DNA of 64,000 nt from Chloroflexota bacterium (GTDB taxonomy: Bacteria; Chloroflexota; Anaerolineae; DTLA01): contig JACIWU010000001.1 of the NCBI GenBank assembly GCA_014360805.1, positions 3,327-67,326 on the forward strand, given 5' to 3'. A program made the position numbers and the translations under genes. This document shows, in pieces, positions 19,127-28,971 of this stretch. The notes under the pieces were generated by a model, which was given only the letters and a program-made list of their open reading frames with translations, searched no databases and was not told the DNA's origin. Each line of letters starts with the position of its first letter. The first letter of the stretch is position 1.

Positions 19127-20446
19127 CTACGCGACTTTCTCGGTTGTGGACGCGCCCTCGGCCGGCTCCAGGTAGATGCGCTCATCGCTGTCGTCGTAGG
19201 CCAGCAGTTCCGCATAGCGGCCCCAGTTGATGACCGTCTCCAACTGCCGCGCTGCTTCGTCGGGCGGGAACTCCAGTTCCAGCGCAGTCTTCACCACCTC
19301 GCTCTGAAGTTTCTGGCCCGACGCTCGCAGCATAGCAAACAGCCACTTGAACAACGGCAGACGCCGTATGCGGGTGCGGAAGATTTCCTTGCGCGCCAGA
19401 ATGCTGGCATCGGCGAAGGTCTCGCCCAGCGGCGTCAACATGATATCGCCTTTGTCAACCGTCGCGAACCCCAGCAGTTCGCACGCCTCGGTGAGCATCA
19501 GCAGGTGATCCGAGTCCACCTTGAGGTCTTCGGTCAGGCGGTACAGGTCGGCGCGATTGCCGGGCGCCTCGGCCAGTTGCTCCAAAAGGCCCGCGAGTTG
19601 GTTCACGGTAACATGGGGCAGCGCCCGGGTACGGCCTGGTTCGCCGGGGGCGCTCCCCAACTCTACATGCTCTGGCTGAGTCTGGCCAGCCAGAATGCCG
19701 TACACCTCATCCACCACTTTCAGGAAGTCCGGGTGCTTGCGTTGGCGCGGGTGCGGAAGCGGGACCGCCAACTCGGCGACCACGCGGCCCGGGTCCTTCT
19801 CCATGACCACGATGCGGTCGGCCATGAACACGGCTTCCTCAATGTTGTGCGTTACCATCAGTATGGCGCGAGTGGGGATGCTCCCGCTTGTCCACAACTC
19901 CAGCAATTCGCCCCGCAGCGCCTCGGCGCTCAGGACATCCAGCGCGGAAAATGGCTCGTCCAGGCACAACAGTTCCGGCTCCACGGCCATCGCGCGGGCA
20001 AATCCCACCTTCTGGCGCATCCCGCCCGACAGTTCGCGTGGGTATGCCGTCTCAAACCCGTCCAGGCCCACCCTATCCAGCAGGTCCACGGCGCGCGTGG
20101 TCCGAATTGGTTCGGGCACGCCCCGCGCCTTCAGCGCCACCGCCACGTTATCCAGAACCGTGAGCCATGGGAAAAGGGCAAACGTCTGGAAAACAATCGC
20201 CGCGTGAGGGTTCACCCCTTGCAAAGCCGCGCCGCGATACAGCACCACGCCCCCGCTGGGACGTTGCAGGCCCGCGATGATGCGCAACAGCGTACTCTTG
20301 CCGCAGCCCGACGGACCTAGCAGGGCCACAAACTCGCCCTCTCGCAACGTCAGATTGACGTCTTCCACAGCGATGAACTGGCGCGAGCCACTGCCGTAAT
20401 ACTGACTGATGTGCTGAAGTTCAAGCAGGTATCCGTTTGTGGCCAT
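19127..20446 (-). CDS. ABC transporter ATP-binding protein, NitT/TauT family, with a C-terminal AAA-associated domain
   Basis: Walker A (GPSGCGKST), signature (LSGGMRQ) and Walker B (LLCLDEPFSALD) motifs, plus a C-terminal extension of about 190 aa. Confidence 0.88.
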   Translation of the reverse strand: MATNGYLLELQHISQYYGSGSRQFIAVEDVNLTLREGEFVALLGPSGCGKSTLLRIIAGLQRPSGGVVLYRGAALQGVNPHAAIVFQTFALFPWLTVLDNVAVALKARGVPEPIRTTRAVDLLDRVGLDGFETAYPRELSGGMRQKVGFARAMAVEPELLCLDEPFSALDVLSAEALRGELLELWTSGSIPTRAILMVTHNIEEAVFMADRIVVMEKDPGRVVAELAVPLPHPRQRKHPDFLKVVDEVYGILAGQTQPEHVELGSAPGEPGRTRALPHVTVNQLAGLLEQLAEAPGNRADLYRLTEDLKVDSDHLLMLTEACELLGFATVDKGDIMLTPLGETFADASILARKEIFRTRIRRLPLFKWLFAMLRASGQKLQSEVVKTALELEFPPDEAARQLETVINWGRYAELLAYDDSDERIYLEPAEGASTTEKVA

Positions 20447-20449
20447 GGT

Positions 20450-22180
20450 TTACTCCATCCGATATCGTTCTTCGGCCAGGCGATAGAACCGGCGCCAGAC
20501 AAGCCGATTGATGAGAACCACCGCGAACACCATGGACAGCGTGGCGGCCAGGAGCAGCGGATAGTCGCCCGTGCCGGTGGATTCGGCGATCAGCGCGCCG
20601 ATGCCAATGGTCTTCAAGGTGCGGCCGGCAAACTCCACGTGCTCGGCCACAATGCTGGCGTTCCAGGCCCCGCCACTGGCCGTAATCGCACCGGTGATGA
20701 TGTACGGGAACAGCGCGGGCAAGATCAACGTGCGCCAGCGTTCCCATCGCCCAAGCCCCAGCAGTGTTGTGGTGTATCTCAAGTCCTGCGGAATGGCCGA
20801 GGCCCCCGCGATGATGTTGAACAGCAGATACCACTGCGTGCCCATCAGCATCAAGAGGACAGCCGCCACCTCCAGCCCACCTGACACGCCAATGAGCGCC
20901 AGCAGCAGCACAGGAAACAACGCCGTTGCTGGCACCGACGCCGCAATCTGCACAATCGGCTGGAGCCAGGCGGCAATGCGCCGATTGGTGCCGATGGCCA
21001 CGCCCACGGGGATCGTCCACGCCAGCGCCACCGTCAGCGCTACTCCCACCCGCAGCAGGGTCGCCCCGACTCCTTCCAGGATATGAAGCCACTGTGCTGG
21101 CGGAACAGCAAACAGCAGAAGCGCCGCGCGGTAGGCCCCGTACAGCAGCGCAGCGCCCGCCAGTACGACAAGCACACGCCCCGGCCACGATGCCTTCCGC
21201 CCGTCCTGCGCCAGTGCATCCCGCGCCGGGAAACGGCGGACAAGATACCCGTCCAGCCGCTCGCTGATGGGGTGCAAGACGGCCCTAGCAAACCAGTCGG
21301 CAAGGCGCGATTGGCGCACCGCGTCGTGGAACCACGATGCGGGCGGCTCCTCGCCTTCCACCATTTCCAGTTTGAACCGGTCAGACCACGCAAGCAGTGG
21401 CCGCCAAACGAGTTGATCCAGCGCCACAACCACCAACACTAGCGTCCCCACGCCCCACAGGATAGAGCCTACATTGCCTTGATTGGCTGCCTCTTGGAGA
21501 TACGCGCCCAGGCCGGGCAGACGAAAGTCGCGCTGGCCCACGGTGAAGATCTCCGCGGCCATCAGGAAGAACCACCCGCCCGCCCAACTCATCATGCTGT
21601 TCCATATCAGGCTGATCGCCGCGAAAGGCAGTTCCAGCGCCTTGAATCGCAGCCAGCCGTTGAAACGGAAGATGGTGCCGGCCTCGCGCAGTTCCTGCGG
21701 GATCGTCTTCAGCGACTGGTACCACGCGAAGGTCAAGTTCCACACCTGGCTGGTGAAGATGAGGACAACGGAAGCCAGTTCCGCCGCCATCTTCTCGGGC
21801 AAGATGGCGCTCAAACTCAAGAGCACTACCGGCAGGAACGACAGAATGGGCACGCTCTGCAGCACATCCAGCAAGGGGATGAGCACCGACTCGGCACGGC
21901 GGCTGTACGCGGCCCAGCGCCCGTAGGTCAGCGTAAACAGCATGGACAGCGCGTAGGCGGCCAACATGCGGCCCACCGACAGCACAGCATACCAGGGCAG
22001 CGCCGTCGGCTTCAGCGAGATGGTCGGCCCTTCCACCACAACCGGAGCGCCGAACGCCAGTCGCACGCCCACATATAGCAGAACGGCGACCAACAGAAGA
22101 GCCAGAACATCACCCCACGTCAGGGGCCGATGCAGTGGCTGTTCGGTTCGGAGAAGGCGCGGGGGTCGGGCCATGGGCAC
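20450..22180 (-). CDS. ABC transporter permease, fused double-permease (NitT/TauT type)
   Basis: 576 aa with two repeated 6-TM permease modules. Ends 3 nt before the ATPase start. No substrate-binding-protein gene is adjacent. Confidence 0.8.
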   Translation of the reverse strand: MPMARPPRLLRTEQPLHRPLTWGDVLALLLVAVLLYVGVRLAFGAPVVVEGPTISLKPTALPWYAVLSVGRMLAAYALSMLFTLTYGRWAAYSRRAESVLIPLLDVLQSVPILSFLPVVLLSLSAILPEKMAAELASVVLIFTSQVWNLTFAWYQSLKTIPQELREAGTIFRFNGWLRFKALELPFAAISLIWNSMMSWAGGWFFLMAAEIFTVGQRDFRLPGLGAYLQEAANQGNVGSILWGVGTLVLVVVALDQLVWRPLLAWSDRFKLEMVEGEEPPASWFHDAVRQSRLADWFARAVLHPISERLDGYLVRRFPARDALAQDGRKASWPGRVLVVLAGAALLYGAYRAALLLFAVPPAQWLHILEGVGATLLRVGVALTVALAWTIPVGVAIGTNRRIAAWLQPIVQIAASVPATALFPVLLLALIGVSGGLEVAAVLLMLMGTQWYLLFNIIAGASAIPQDLRYTTTLLGLGRWERWRTLILPALFPYIITGAITASGGAWNASIVAEHVEFAGRTLKTIGIGALIAESTGTGDYPLLLAATLSMVFAVVLINRLVWRRFYRLAEERYRME

Positions 22181-22276
22181 TCACTCGCAACACGAGATTC
22201 CGCGTCCTCGGCGGGTGAGCGTATTCTAGCGCCGAGTCACCCTGCTGTCAATTACTGCCAACCGGTGGCAACGTCC

Positions 22277-24049
22277 TCACCCCGCACGCAGGCCGTGTAG
22301 CCACGCCGAGAGGAACGTAACCGTCCACACAAACGGCCTCACGCCGACATGCATCGGCTGGCCCGCCTCCACTCGGCGGAAGATGGCCTCTACATTCCGA
22401 GCGTTGCAGAACGAGAGAATGGGGTTGTCCCTGGCGAAGACCACATCCCGAACGTAATCGCGGGCAGCCGAATGTCGGAAGGTCTCGTAGTACGGGAGCA
22501 GAAACCGCCCCTTGGGCCAATAGGCCCACTCGCGCGGGACTTGCCGCGCCAGGAGTTCCTTGAGCAGCCCCTTCGGCTCACCGCCGAGGCATTTTTCGTC
22601 CCACGAGAGCGAGAAGGCGGCGCGCACCGTCTCCGGCTCCAGGAAAGGCATCACCGTACCTACGCCGCGCCTACGGAGCGGGTCAAACACTCGCGCGCCG
22701 CACTGGCACATACTATTGCGAAGCCCACCGGAAATAGAGATGCGGTCGGACAGGTCGGCGTCCCCGGCCAGCGCGTCCAGTTCCGCGAGTGCGGCTCGTT
22801 CCATTTCGGCGCGCACGTGCGGCGGAATGCGAAACGCAAACCCGTCCATGCTGGAATGGCCGCCTGCCGCCGCATATTCCGCGGGTAGGTGCGCCGTCTT
22901 GTTGACTGCGCCGACGAACCAACTCAGCCTGGACGTGCCACGCCACAGGCCCGCCGGATATGCTGCGGCGACCAATCGGCGCAAGGCGCGCGGCACAGCA
23001 TAGAGCCGCCGGAACAGTCGCGCTTTGCGCCCCGATGCGAACAGCGACTGCGCTCCCGTGCCGGTCAGCACCGCCGTAGGCAGGCTTGCCCATTGCGCCA
23101 TGGCTTGTATCAGCATCAACGTGGGCAGAGATGCAGGGTCGGCCAGGGGCGCGGCATATTCTTGCGCCAGACTCTGCAGAATAGGGACAATCTCCGCCGG
23201 ATTCCAGTACACCTCTTCAAACTCCAGGCCCAGGTGCCGGGCCATGGCGGGAGCCATTTCATGGAATGGGTCAGATGGCCCCAGGGTGAAGCGCTGCAAG
23301 CGCGCGTCCGTGCGACGCAGAGCCGCGAGCCGCGCCGCCACGAGCGCCGAGTCCACGCCGCCGCTGAAATGCACCACCACGGGCGGTTGCGTGCGGGCGA
23401 TCGCCGTATCCATGGCGACAAGGACGTACTCCTCCGGATCGCGCTCCCGCCTCTCCTCCACCAAGTCGCCGATGCTGAAGAAACGCTGGAGTCGCGCCTC
23501 GCCCGAGTCGGCGGGAAGAATCAACGTGTGCCCTGGAACGACCCGCAGCACGTTGCGCGATAGGGTCAACGGCGAAGGGACAGAGCCATACTGGAAGAGC
23601 GTGTAGACCGCACGCACGTCTATGTCAAGCCCGACGATGCGAACAATCAGGCGCAGGTCGTTGCTCAGTACCCAACCGTCGCCCGTTCGCGCGTAGTAGA
23701 ATTTCTCCAGAGATAGCACGGGAACTGTTACCCACACCTCCCCCGAAGTCAGCGAAACGTCCATGCGAGTTGCATGGGTACCGAAGCCCTTGGGGGGTTC
23801 CTCGGTCAGGGCGTGCTCGCGGGTCGGCACGTCCAATGGGACAATGGTGCAGCGTTGCGCCCCGTCCCTCACGAGTGCTGCTGTGTCGGGCGCGCGGATG
23901 CTGGCCCAGCCAAAGGCAAACGTCCTGCCGTCCGCCAACAGGCGCGAGTACAGATGCGCCGACAGACCCAACCAGGCGGCGTGCCGCTGCATAGCATCGG
24001 CCCACGCAGACGAGCCCGTCGGCTCCCCAACAAACGCAGCGAAAAACAT
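22277..24049 (-). CDS. Asparagine synthase (AsnB)-like ATP-dependent amidotransferase/ligase lacking the N-terminal Cys nucleophile
   Basis: PP-loop motif VVVHFSGGVDSALVAA in the synthetase domain. The N-terminus is MFFAAFVGE, with no Cys2. GGGAGAGG RBS. Confidence 0.78.
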   Translation of the reverse strand: MFFAAFVGEPTGSSAWADAMQRHAAWLGLSAHLYSRLLADGRTFAFGWASIRAPDTAALVRDGAQRCTIVPLDVPTREHALTEEPPKGFGTHATRMDVSLTSGEVWVTVPVLSLEKFYYARTGDGWVLSNDLRLIVRIVGLDIDVRAVYTLFQYGSVPSPLTLSRNVLRVVPGHTLILPADSGEARLQRFFSIGDLVEERRERDPEEYVLVAMDTAIARTQPPVVVHFSGGVDSALVAARLAALRRTDARLQRFTLGPSDPFHEMAPAMARHLGLEFEEVYWNPAEIVPILQSLAQEYAAPLADPASLPTLMLIQAMAQWASLPTAVLTGTGAQSLFASGRKARLFRRLYAVPRALRRLVAAAYPAGLWRGTSRLSWFVGAVNKTAHLPAEYAAAGGHSSMDGFAFRIPPHVRAEMERAALAELDALAGDADLSDRISISGGLRNSMCQCGARVFDPLRRRGVGTVMPFLEPETVRAAFSLSWDEKCLGGEPKGLLKELLARQVPREWAYWPKGRFLLPYYETFRHSAARDYVRDVVFARDNPILSFCNARNVEAIFRRVEAGQPMHVGVRPFVWTVTFLSAWLHGLRAG

Positions 24050-24130
24050 CGTGCTCGCGCCTCTCCCATTGCGCCTGGCAACAGCGCCAGGCCCCTCGCG
24101 TTCTGCGCAGAGCCGCGCACGGCGAAGGCA

Positions 24131-24709
24131 TCAGCCGCGAATCGTGTACCGCATGATGAACCGCGACGCTGACCCGCGTGCCACCTCCACGAAACCGGCC
24201 TTGCGAAAAGCCGACACCGTCCCCATGTACAGGAACACGACAGGCGCATCGGCCTTCTTCGGCTCCGTCGGGTAGGCCTCCACAATGCGAGCGCCGTGCG
24301 CCGCAGCGTAGTCCACGGCGGCCCGTAGCAGGGCAACGGTCAGGCCGCGACGTCGGTACGGCTTCGCGATGAAGAAGCAGACCACCGACCACACCGGCTG
24401 GTCGTCAATCGGCCGCAGCACCCGCGACCGCGCCAGCGCACAGAACTCCTCGCGCGGGGCCACCGAGCACCAGCCCACGGGCGCGCCCCCAGCATAGGCC
24501 AGGATACCCGGCACCCACCCCGCCTCCACGATGGCCTTCATCGCCAGGCGGTTGCCCTCGCCCTTCTGCCGGTCAAACTCTGCCCGCGTCTGCCGCCACC
24601 ACATGCACCAGCAACCCCCGCACGCGCCCCGCGGGCCAAACAGCGCCTCCAGGTCGCCCCAACGTTCAGGGGTTACCGGATGAAACTCCCACTCACTCCC
24701 GACTTCCAT
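24131..24709 (-). CDS. GNAT-family N-acetyltransferase
   Basis: 192 aa from ATG 24709 (GGGAGGG RBS). GNAT fold motifs including GCWCMWWR, RRRGLTVALLRAAVDYA and ...FRKAGF. Confidence 0.7.
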   Translation of the reverse strand: MEVGSEWEFHPVTPERWGDLEALFGPRGACGGCWCMWWRQTRAEFDRQKGEGNRLAMKAIVEAGWVPGILAYAGGAPVGWCSVAPREEFCALARSRVLRPIDDQPVWSVVCFFIAKPYRRRGLTVALLRAAVDYAAAHGARIVEAYPTEPKKADAPVVFLYMGTVSAFRKAGFVEVARGSASRFIMRYTIRG

Positions 24710-24837
24710 CCCGCCCTCCCCGTGGCACAGCGCCGCTTTTGCACGCAGCATAGCAGAACCGTAGCCGGTGTCAAAGCGAAGAATCCGCAAGCACGCCACA
24801 GGCGGCTCGCGTAGATGGCACCGGCCTCAAGCTGCGC

Positions 24838-24866
24838 TTGCATGCGGGATACAATCCTGCTATACT
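24838..24866 (+). promoter_or_regulatory. Sigma70-type promoter candidate for the methyltransferase gene
   Basis: TTGCAT (24838-24843), 17-nt spacer, TATACT (24861-24866). The predicted TSS lies at or near the in-frame ATG 24873. Confidence 0.4.
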
Positions 24867-24899
24867 ATAATTATGTACAGAAGCGCGGAGGGTCGGCAG

Positions 24900-25730
24900 A
24901 TGCCCCAACAGCGAGTGAAGACGCAACGAGAGTACGAAATAGAACAGAAGTGGCGCGAGCGCCTGCTGCACAATCCGACGACCGAGGACTTCCAGCGGGC
25001 CTACGATGAACTGCACGCCTGGTTTCTGGAAGAACAGGGCGGCGAAGGAGACATCTACGCGCAGGTCAACCCCCGCGGCATGGACCGCTCGCGAGTCGCC
25101 GTGCTGCGCGAAATCGGCACCGGAAAGCGCGTGCTGGAAGTGGGCTGTGGCGATGGGGCCACCTCCTACCTGTTGGCGCAACGCGGGAATTCCGTCGTAT
25201 CCATTGATGTCTCAACCATCGCCCTGGAGCGGGCGCGCGCCAGGCCGGGCCAGGAGGGGCTCAGTCTTCGCTACGAATACGGCGATGCGCGTGATCTTCG
25301 GTACGAGGCTTCGTCGTTTGACTACGTGGTAAGCGAGCACCTGGTGGAGCATCTCGCCCCCGCCGACCTGAGCCGACACCTCGCCGAGGTTCATCGGGTC
25401 CTGAAACCCGATGGGTGCTACCTGTTCTTCACTCCCTCGCGCCTATGGCATGGCCGACGGTCGGTGGGGTTTCACCTCCACGTGTATTTGCTGGCGGAAA
25501 TCTGTCCGCTGGTCAGGCGCCACGGCTTCGCGGTAACGTGGCTGGAGCCGCGATTCTTGCCGCGCTGGGGCTTCGTGCTGCAACTCCCGCTGGCACTGAT
25601 GGGGCCCATCTTCTTGTACGAGTACCTCCTCCAAACAGTCAACGTGCACCGGTGGCCCGAATTCATCCGCGCGAGGATCATCCCGTCCATCATGATCCGC
25701 GCGCGGAAGACGGAGCGGGCTACGGGGTGA
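24900..25730 (+). CDS. Class I SAM-dependent methyltransferase
   Basis: Motif I VLEVGCGDG, acidic motif II and motif post-I. GGAGGG RBS 7 nt before ATG 24900. A longer form from ATG 24873 is possible. Confidence 0.75.
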   Translation: MPQQRVKTQREYEIEQKWRERLLHNPTTEDFQRAYDELHAWFLEEQGGEGDIYAQVNPRGMDRSRVAVLREIGTGKRVLEVGCGDGATSYLLAQRGNSVVSIDVSTIALERARARPGQEGLSLRYEYGDARDLRYEASSFDYVVSEHLVEHLAPADLSRHLAEVHRVLKPDGCYLFFTPSRLWHGRRSVGFHLHVYLLAEICPLVRRHGFAVTWLEPRFLPRWGFVLQLPLALMGPIFLYEYLLQTVNVHRWPEFIRARIIPSIMIRARKTERATG

Positions 25731-26538
25731 GCGGTGCGCCAGACTGCTCATTGCCGGCGTGTCGGAGCACCTCCAGCAACTCGCCGTGGAAGCGGCCGTT
25801 CGTCGCCACCAGCCGCGCCGTCCCCACAGTCCACCGGCGGCCCTCATAGTCCGTAACGCGCCCCCCTGCCTCCTCCACCAGCAGCGCCCCCGCCGCCCAG
25901 TCCCAGGGCTGCAAGTTGGGCTCCCAGTAGCCATCCAACACGCCCGCCGCCACCCAAGCCAAATCCAGCGACGCCACACCCAGCCTGCGGATGGCCTGCG
26001 CCCGCAACGCAACCTGGACGAACTCGGGCAGATTGTTCTCGGGATTGCCTACCATACGGTAGGGGAATCCCGTGCTCAGCATGGCCTGCGCCAGCGACGC
26101 CGCCTTGGACACGTGCAGCCGCTTCCCGTCCCGCCACGCGCCTTTCCCACGCTCGGCCACGAACAGCAAGTCCTGGCACGGGCTGTACACCACCCCGCAC
26201 ACGACACGCCCCTCGTGAACCAGGGCGATGCTCACACTGAAACTCGGCAAGCCATGGGCGTAGTTCACCGTGCCGTCCAGCGGATCCAGCAGCCACAGCC
26301 ATTCGCTGGCGAGGCTGCTCGTGGACGTCCCCTCCTCGGTCAGGATGCCGTAGTCGGGGAACCGCCGACGGATGCGCTCCACGAGGAGTTTCTCCGACAC
26401 CTCGTCCGCCTCGGTTACCAGATCGTTGGGCGTGGATTTGCTTCGCACGTTATGATGGTCATGGAAGCGGCGCTTCAGTTCCGCGCCTGCTTCCTGGGCA
26501 ATCTGCACGGCAAACCGAGTATACTCGTTGAAATCCAT
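25720..26538 (-). CDS. Inositol monophosphatase family protein (SuhB-like)
   Basis: IMPase motifs DPLDGT and WDWAAG. AAGGAG RBS before ATG 26538. Confidence 0.85.
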   Translation of the reverse strand: MDFNEYTRFAVQIAQEAGAELKRRFHDHHNVRSKSTPNDLVTEADEVSEKLLVERIRRRFPDYGILTEEGTSTSSLASEWLWLLDPLDGTVNYAHGLPSFSVSIALVHEGRVVCGVVYSPCQDLLFVAERGKGAWRDGKRLHVSKAASLAQAMLSTGFPYRMVGNPENNLPEFVQVALRAQAIRRLGVASLDLAWVAAGVLDGYWEPNLQPWDWAAGALLVEEAGGRVTDYEGRRWTVGTARLVATNGRFHGELLEVLRHAGNEQSGAPLTP

Positions 26539-26601
26539 ATCGCTCCTTGCCAAGGTAAAGTCCCGCGAGGGGGATTGCGGCTGCCGATGCCCGCTCCGCC
26601 G

Positions 26602-27444
26602 CTACTCGCGCGCAACCGCTTCGTTTTGAGAGCCTGGCGCCATAGCGCGCGCGACGACCTTCAGCAGATTCGCCTTGGCAGATGGGCATTCCCGCTCCAG
26701 TTCCCGCAGGATGGCCGCCATGCGCACCCGCTCGGATGTCGCCGCGTTGGGGCATCGCGAGACTTGCGGCGGGATTCCCCGCGCCTGGGTGAACTCCACT
26801 AGCCGCCTCTCGTCAACCCCCAGCAGCGGACGGACGAGGGTCAGCACGCCGCCGAACATGACCCGCACCGGTTCCAGGCCCAGCAGAATGCCATGCCGAA
26901 ACAGGTTCAGCATGGCCGTAGTGGCCGCGTCGTCGCGGTGGTGCGCGAAGGCGATGCGGTTGCACCCCTCGCGGTGCGCGGCGATGAACAGCGCCTTTCG
27001 CCGCTGGAACGCGCAGCCGAAACACGTGATCTCCCCCCGCTCGCGGTCGCGCAACTCGGCTTCGGCGACACGCTCCACGAACAGCGGCACGCCATAGGCG
27101 CGACACAGGGCGGCCAAATCATCTGGCGCAAGACACCCGCCGCAAGGCGGTTCCGTCGCCACGTGGATGGCGATGACTTCGTACTTGTCCTTGGCGATGG
27201 CCCGATGGCGCAACAGCAAATCCAGGAGCGACAGGCTGTCCTTGCCGCCCGACACGGCCACCGCCACGCGGTCGCCGCCGCGAATCATGTCGTAGTCGCG
27301 AATAGTCTTGCTCAGCCTGCGCAGGAGATAGTGAGCGCGCTTCTCCACCAGGGGGTTGTCCGAGGGATGGCGCGCAAGAACCTCAATCTGCTCTGCGGAT
27401 AGGGGCGAGGGCGTCATCGCGGGCGGGTCAATGTCCATGCGCAT
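26602..27444 (-). CDS. TtcA-like PP-loop ATPase (tRNA 2-thiocytidine biosynthesis family)
   Basis: SGGKDS PP-loop, CGGC and CFGC Cys pairs, and a C-terminal Cys, as in TtcA. Confidence 0.75.
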   Translation of the reverse strand: MRMDIDPPAMTPSPLSAEQIEVLARHPSDNPLVEKRAHYLLRRLSKTIRDYDMIRGGDRVAVAVSGGKDSLSLLDLLLRHRAIAKDKYEVIAIHVATEPPCGGCLAPDDLAALCRAYGVPLFVERVAEAELRDRERGEITCFGCAFQRRKALFIAAHREGCNRIAFAHHRDDAATTAMLNLFRHGILLGLEPVRVMFGGVLTLVRPLLGVDERRLVEFTQARGIPPQVSRCPNAATSERVRMAAILRELERECPSAKANLLKVVARAMAPGSQNEAVARE

Positions 27445-27454
27445 CGCAACTCCG

Positions 27455-28132
27455 TCAATTCGGGGGCCGCTGGGTGAACGGGAACGTGTTCCAGCGCTCC
27501 TGGTCGTCCTCGGTGCGCGCCATGAACTGTAACAACTTCTGCTCCACGTTCAGCAGCCGCAACTCGCGCCCAAGGAGCGCGGGCAAATCGGCGCACTCCA
27601 GCAGTTCCTGCCGCTCCAGCGAAGAGATTTGAAGCGCAACGCCGATCACCCATGCCAAGATTTCAGGCTCATCGGGCAACTGCTCCACCTGGATCACGGT
27701 GCCCGACACCCGCCCCAGCAACCCCATGTACGCCCGCAGGTCATCCTTGACCCGATGCGCCAGGCGGCCGACCCTGGGATCGTCCACGCCTTCCAGGGGG
27801 AACGGCTCCACCGCTCCCACCAGGTACGGGCGCTTCTGGAGGATTTCGCGAATCACAAACCGCTCGCGGCCCACCACGACGATAGTCAGGCCCCCGTCGT
27901 TGGCATTCCGCTCCGCGCGGATGACGTGAGCCGAGGTGCCGACGCGATGCGGCACCGCGGGCTCGCCTACCTCCTGCCCCTCCTTGATGAGGACAACGCC
28001 GAACACGCGGCCCTCCGCCTGGCAGGTCGCGATCATCTCCAGGTATCGCCGCTCAAAGACGTTGATCGGCATGAGCATTCCCGGGAAAAGCACCGTGCGC
28101 AATGGGAACAGAGGGATTTCGTCCATAAGCAT
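27455..28132 (-). CDS. Lon N-terminal (LON substrate-binding) domain protein
   Basis: 225 aa. N-terminal PLFPLRTVLFPGMLMPINVFERRY is typical of the Lon N domain. No ATPase or protease domains. Confidence 0.75.
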   Translation of the reverse strand: MLMDEIPLFPLRTVLFPGMLMPINVFERRYLEMIATCQAEGRVFGVVLIKEGQEVGEPAVPHRVGTSAHVIRAERNANDGGLTIVVVGRERFVIREILQKRPYLVGAVEPFPLEGVDDPRVGRLAHRVKDDLRAYMGLLGRVSGTVIQVEQLPDEPEILAWVIGVALQISSLERQELLECADLPALLGRELRLLNVEQKLLQFMARTEDDQERWNTFPFTQRPPN

Positions 28133-28183
28133 CCCATCCTTGTGCCCATTCTATCCACGCACCCACAAAGCGCCAAACGGGCA

Positions 28184-28212
28184 TTGACGCTTTCGCCCAG
28201 TGGGTGTATCAT
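28184..28212 (+). promoter_or_regulatory. Sigma70-type promoter candidate for the ybaK-like gene (about 110-nt leader)
   Basis: TTGACG (28184-28189), 17-nt spacer, TATCAT (28207-28212). Confidence 0.45.
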
Positions 28213-28323
28213 AGAGGCAGAGGAGAATCGCGCGAGGCCCGCCAATCCAACGCACCCATCGCCACGCAGCGCCCATCGTGCTCGCGGCGCCTCCACAGTC
28301 CAACCAGACAGGAGGGAGTGGAG

Positions 28324-28788
28324 ATGAGATGCAAGGACAGACTCGCCCAGTACCTGACAGAAAAGGGCGTGCCCTTCAAGGCCATGACCCACCCGACCGC
28401 CTACACCGCGCAGGAAGTGGCGGCGGCCCAGGGCGTGTCGGGCAAGCAACTGGCGAAGGTGGTCATCGTCAAGGCGGACGAGCGACCGGTGATGCTGGTG
28501 CTCCAGGCCAGCGCCATGGTTGACCTGCACAAGGCCGCGCAGATGCTAGGCGCCAAGTCCATGACGTTGGCCAGAGAAAGCGACTTCGCCGAGTTGTTCG
28601 CTGACTGCGAGGTCGGCTCCATGCCCCCCTTCGGCAACCTGTACAACATTCCCACCTACGTGGACGAGGGGCTGGCCGCCAACGAAGAGATCGTCTTCGC
28701 CGTCGGCACGCACACCGACACGTTCAGGATGAAATACGCCGACTACGCCCGCCTGGCATCGCCGACTGTGGGGGCATTCGCAAAGTAG
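28324..28788 (+). CDS. YbaK/ProX-family aminoacyl-tRNA deacylase
   Basis: 154 aa. YbaK/EbsC domain. GGAGGGAG RBS. Confidence 0.78.
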   Translation: MRCKDRLAQYLTEKGVPFKAMTHPTAYTAQEVAAAQGVSGKQLAKVVIVKADERPVMLVLQASAMVDLHKAAQMLGAKSMTLARESDFAELFADCEVGSMPPFGNLYNIPTYVDEGLAANEEIVFAVGTHTDTFRMKYADYARLASPTVGAFAK

Positions 28789-28971
28789 GCAACCAAGGGC
28801 AGGGCAAAGACGCCCCCAGAACGGTCGCTTCCGGCGAAGAAGTTGCGAAAATCATCGGGCTTGGCGAGGCGAACCGCTTGACAACCGCGCCAACCTCATA
28901 TACCATTCGCATCGCGGGCACGCGGCACAGATAGCCACGCGCCGCAAGAACAGCAACATCCGGAGACGCAA

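Noticed and set aside
22277-24049. Lasso-peptide cyclase interpretation of the Cys-less AsnB-like gene
   Set aside because: No precursor peptide ORF, no B1/B2 (RRE or transglutaminase) gene and no McjD-type exporter is adjacent. The only transglutaminase-like gene (13561-14204) is 8 kb away among unrelated genes.
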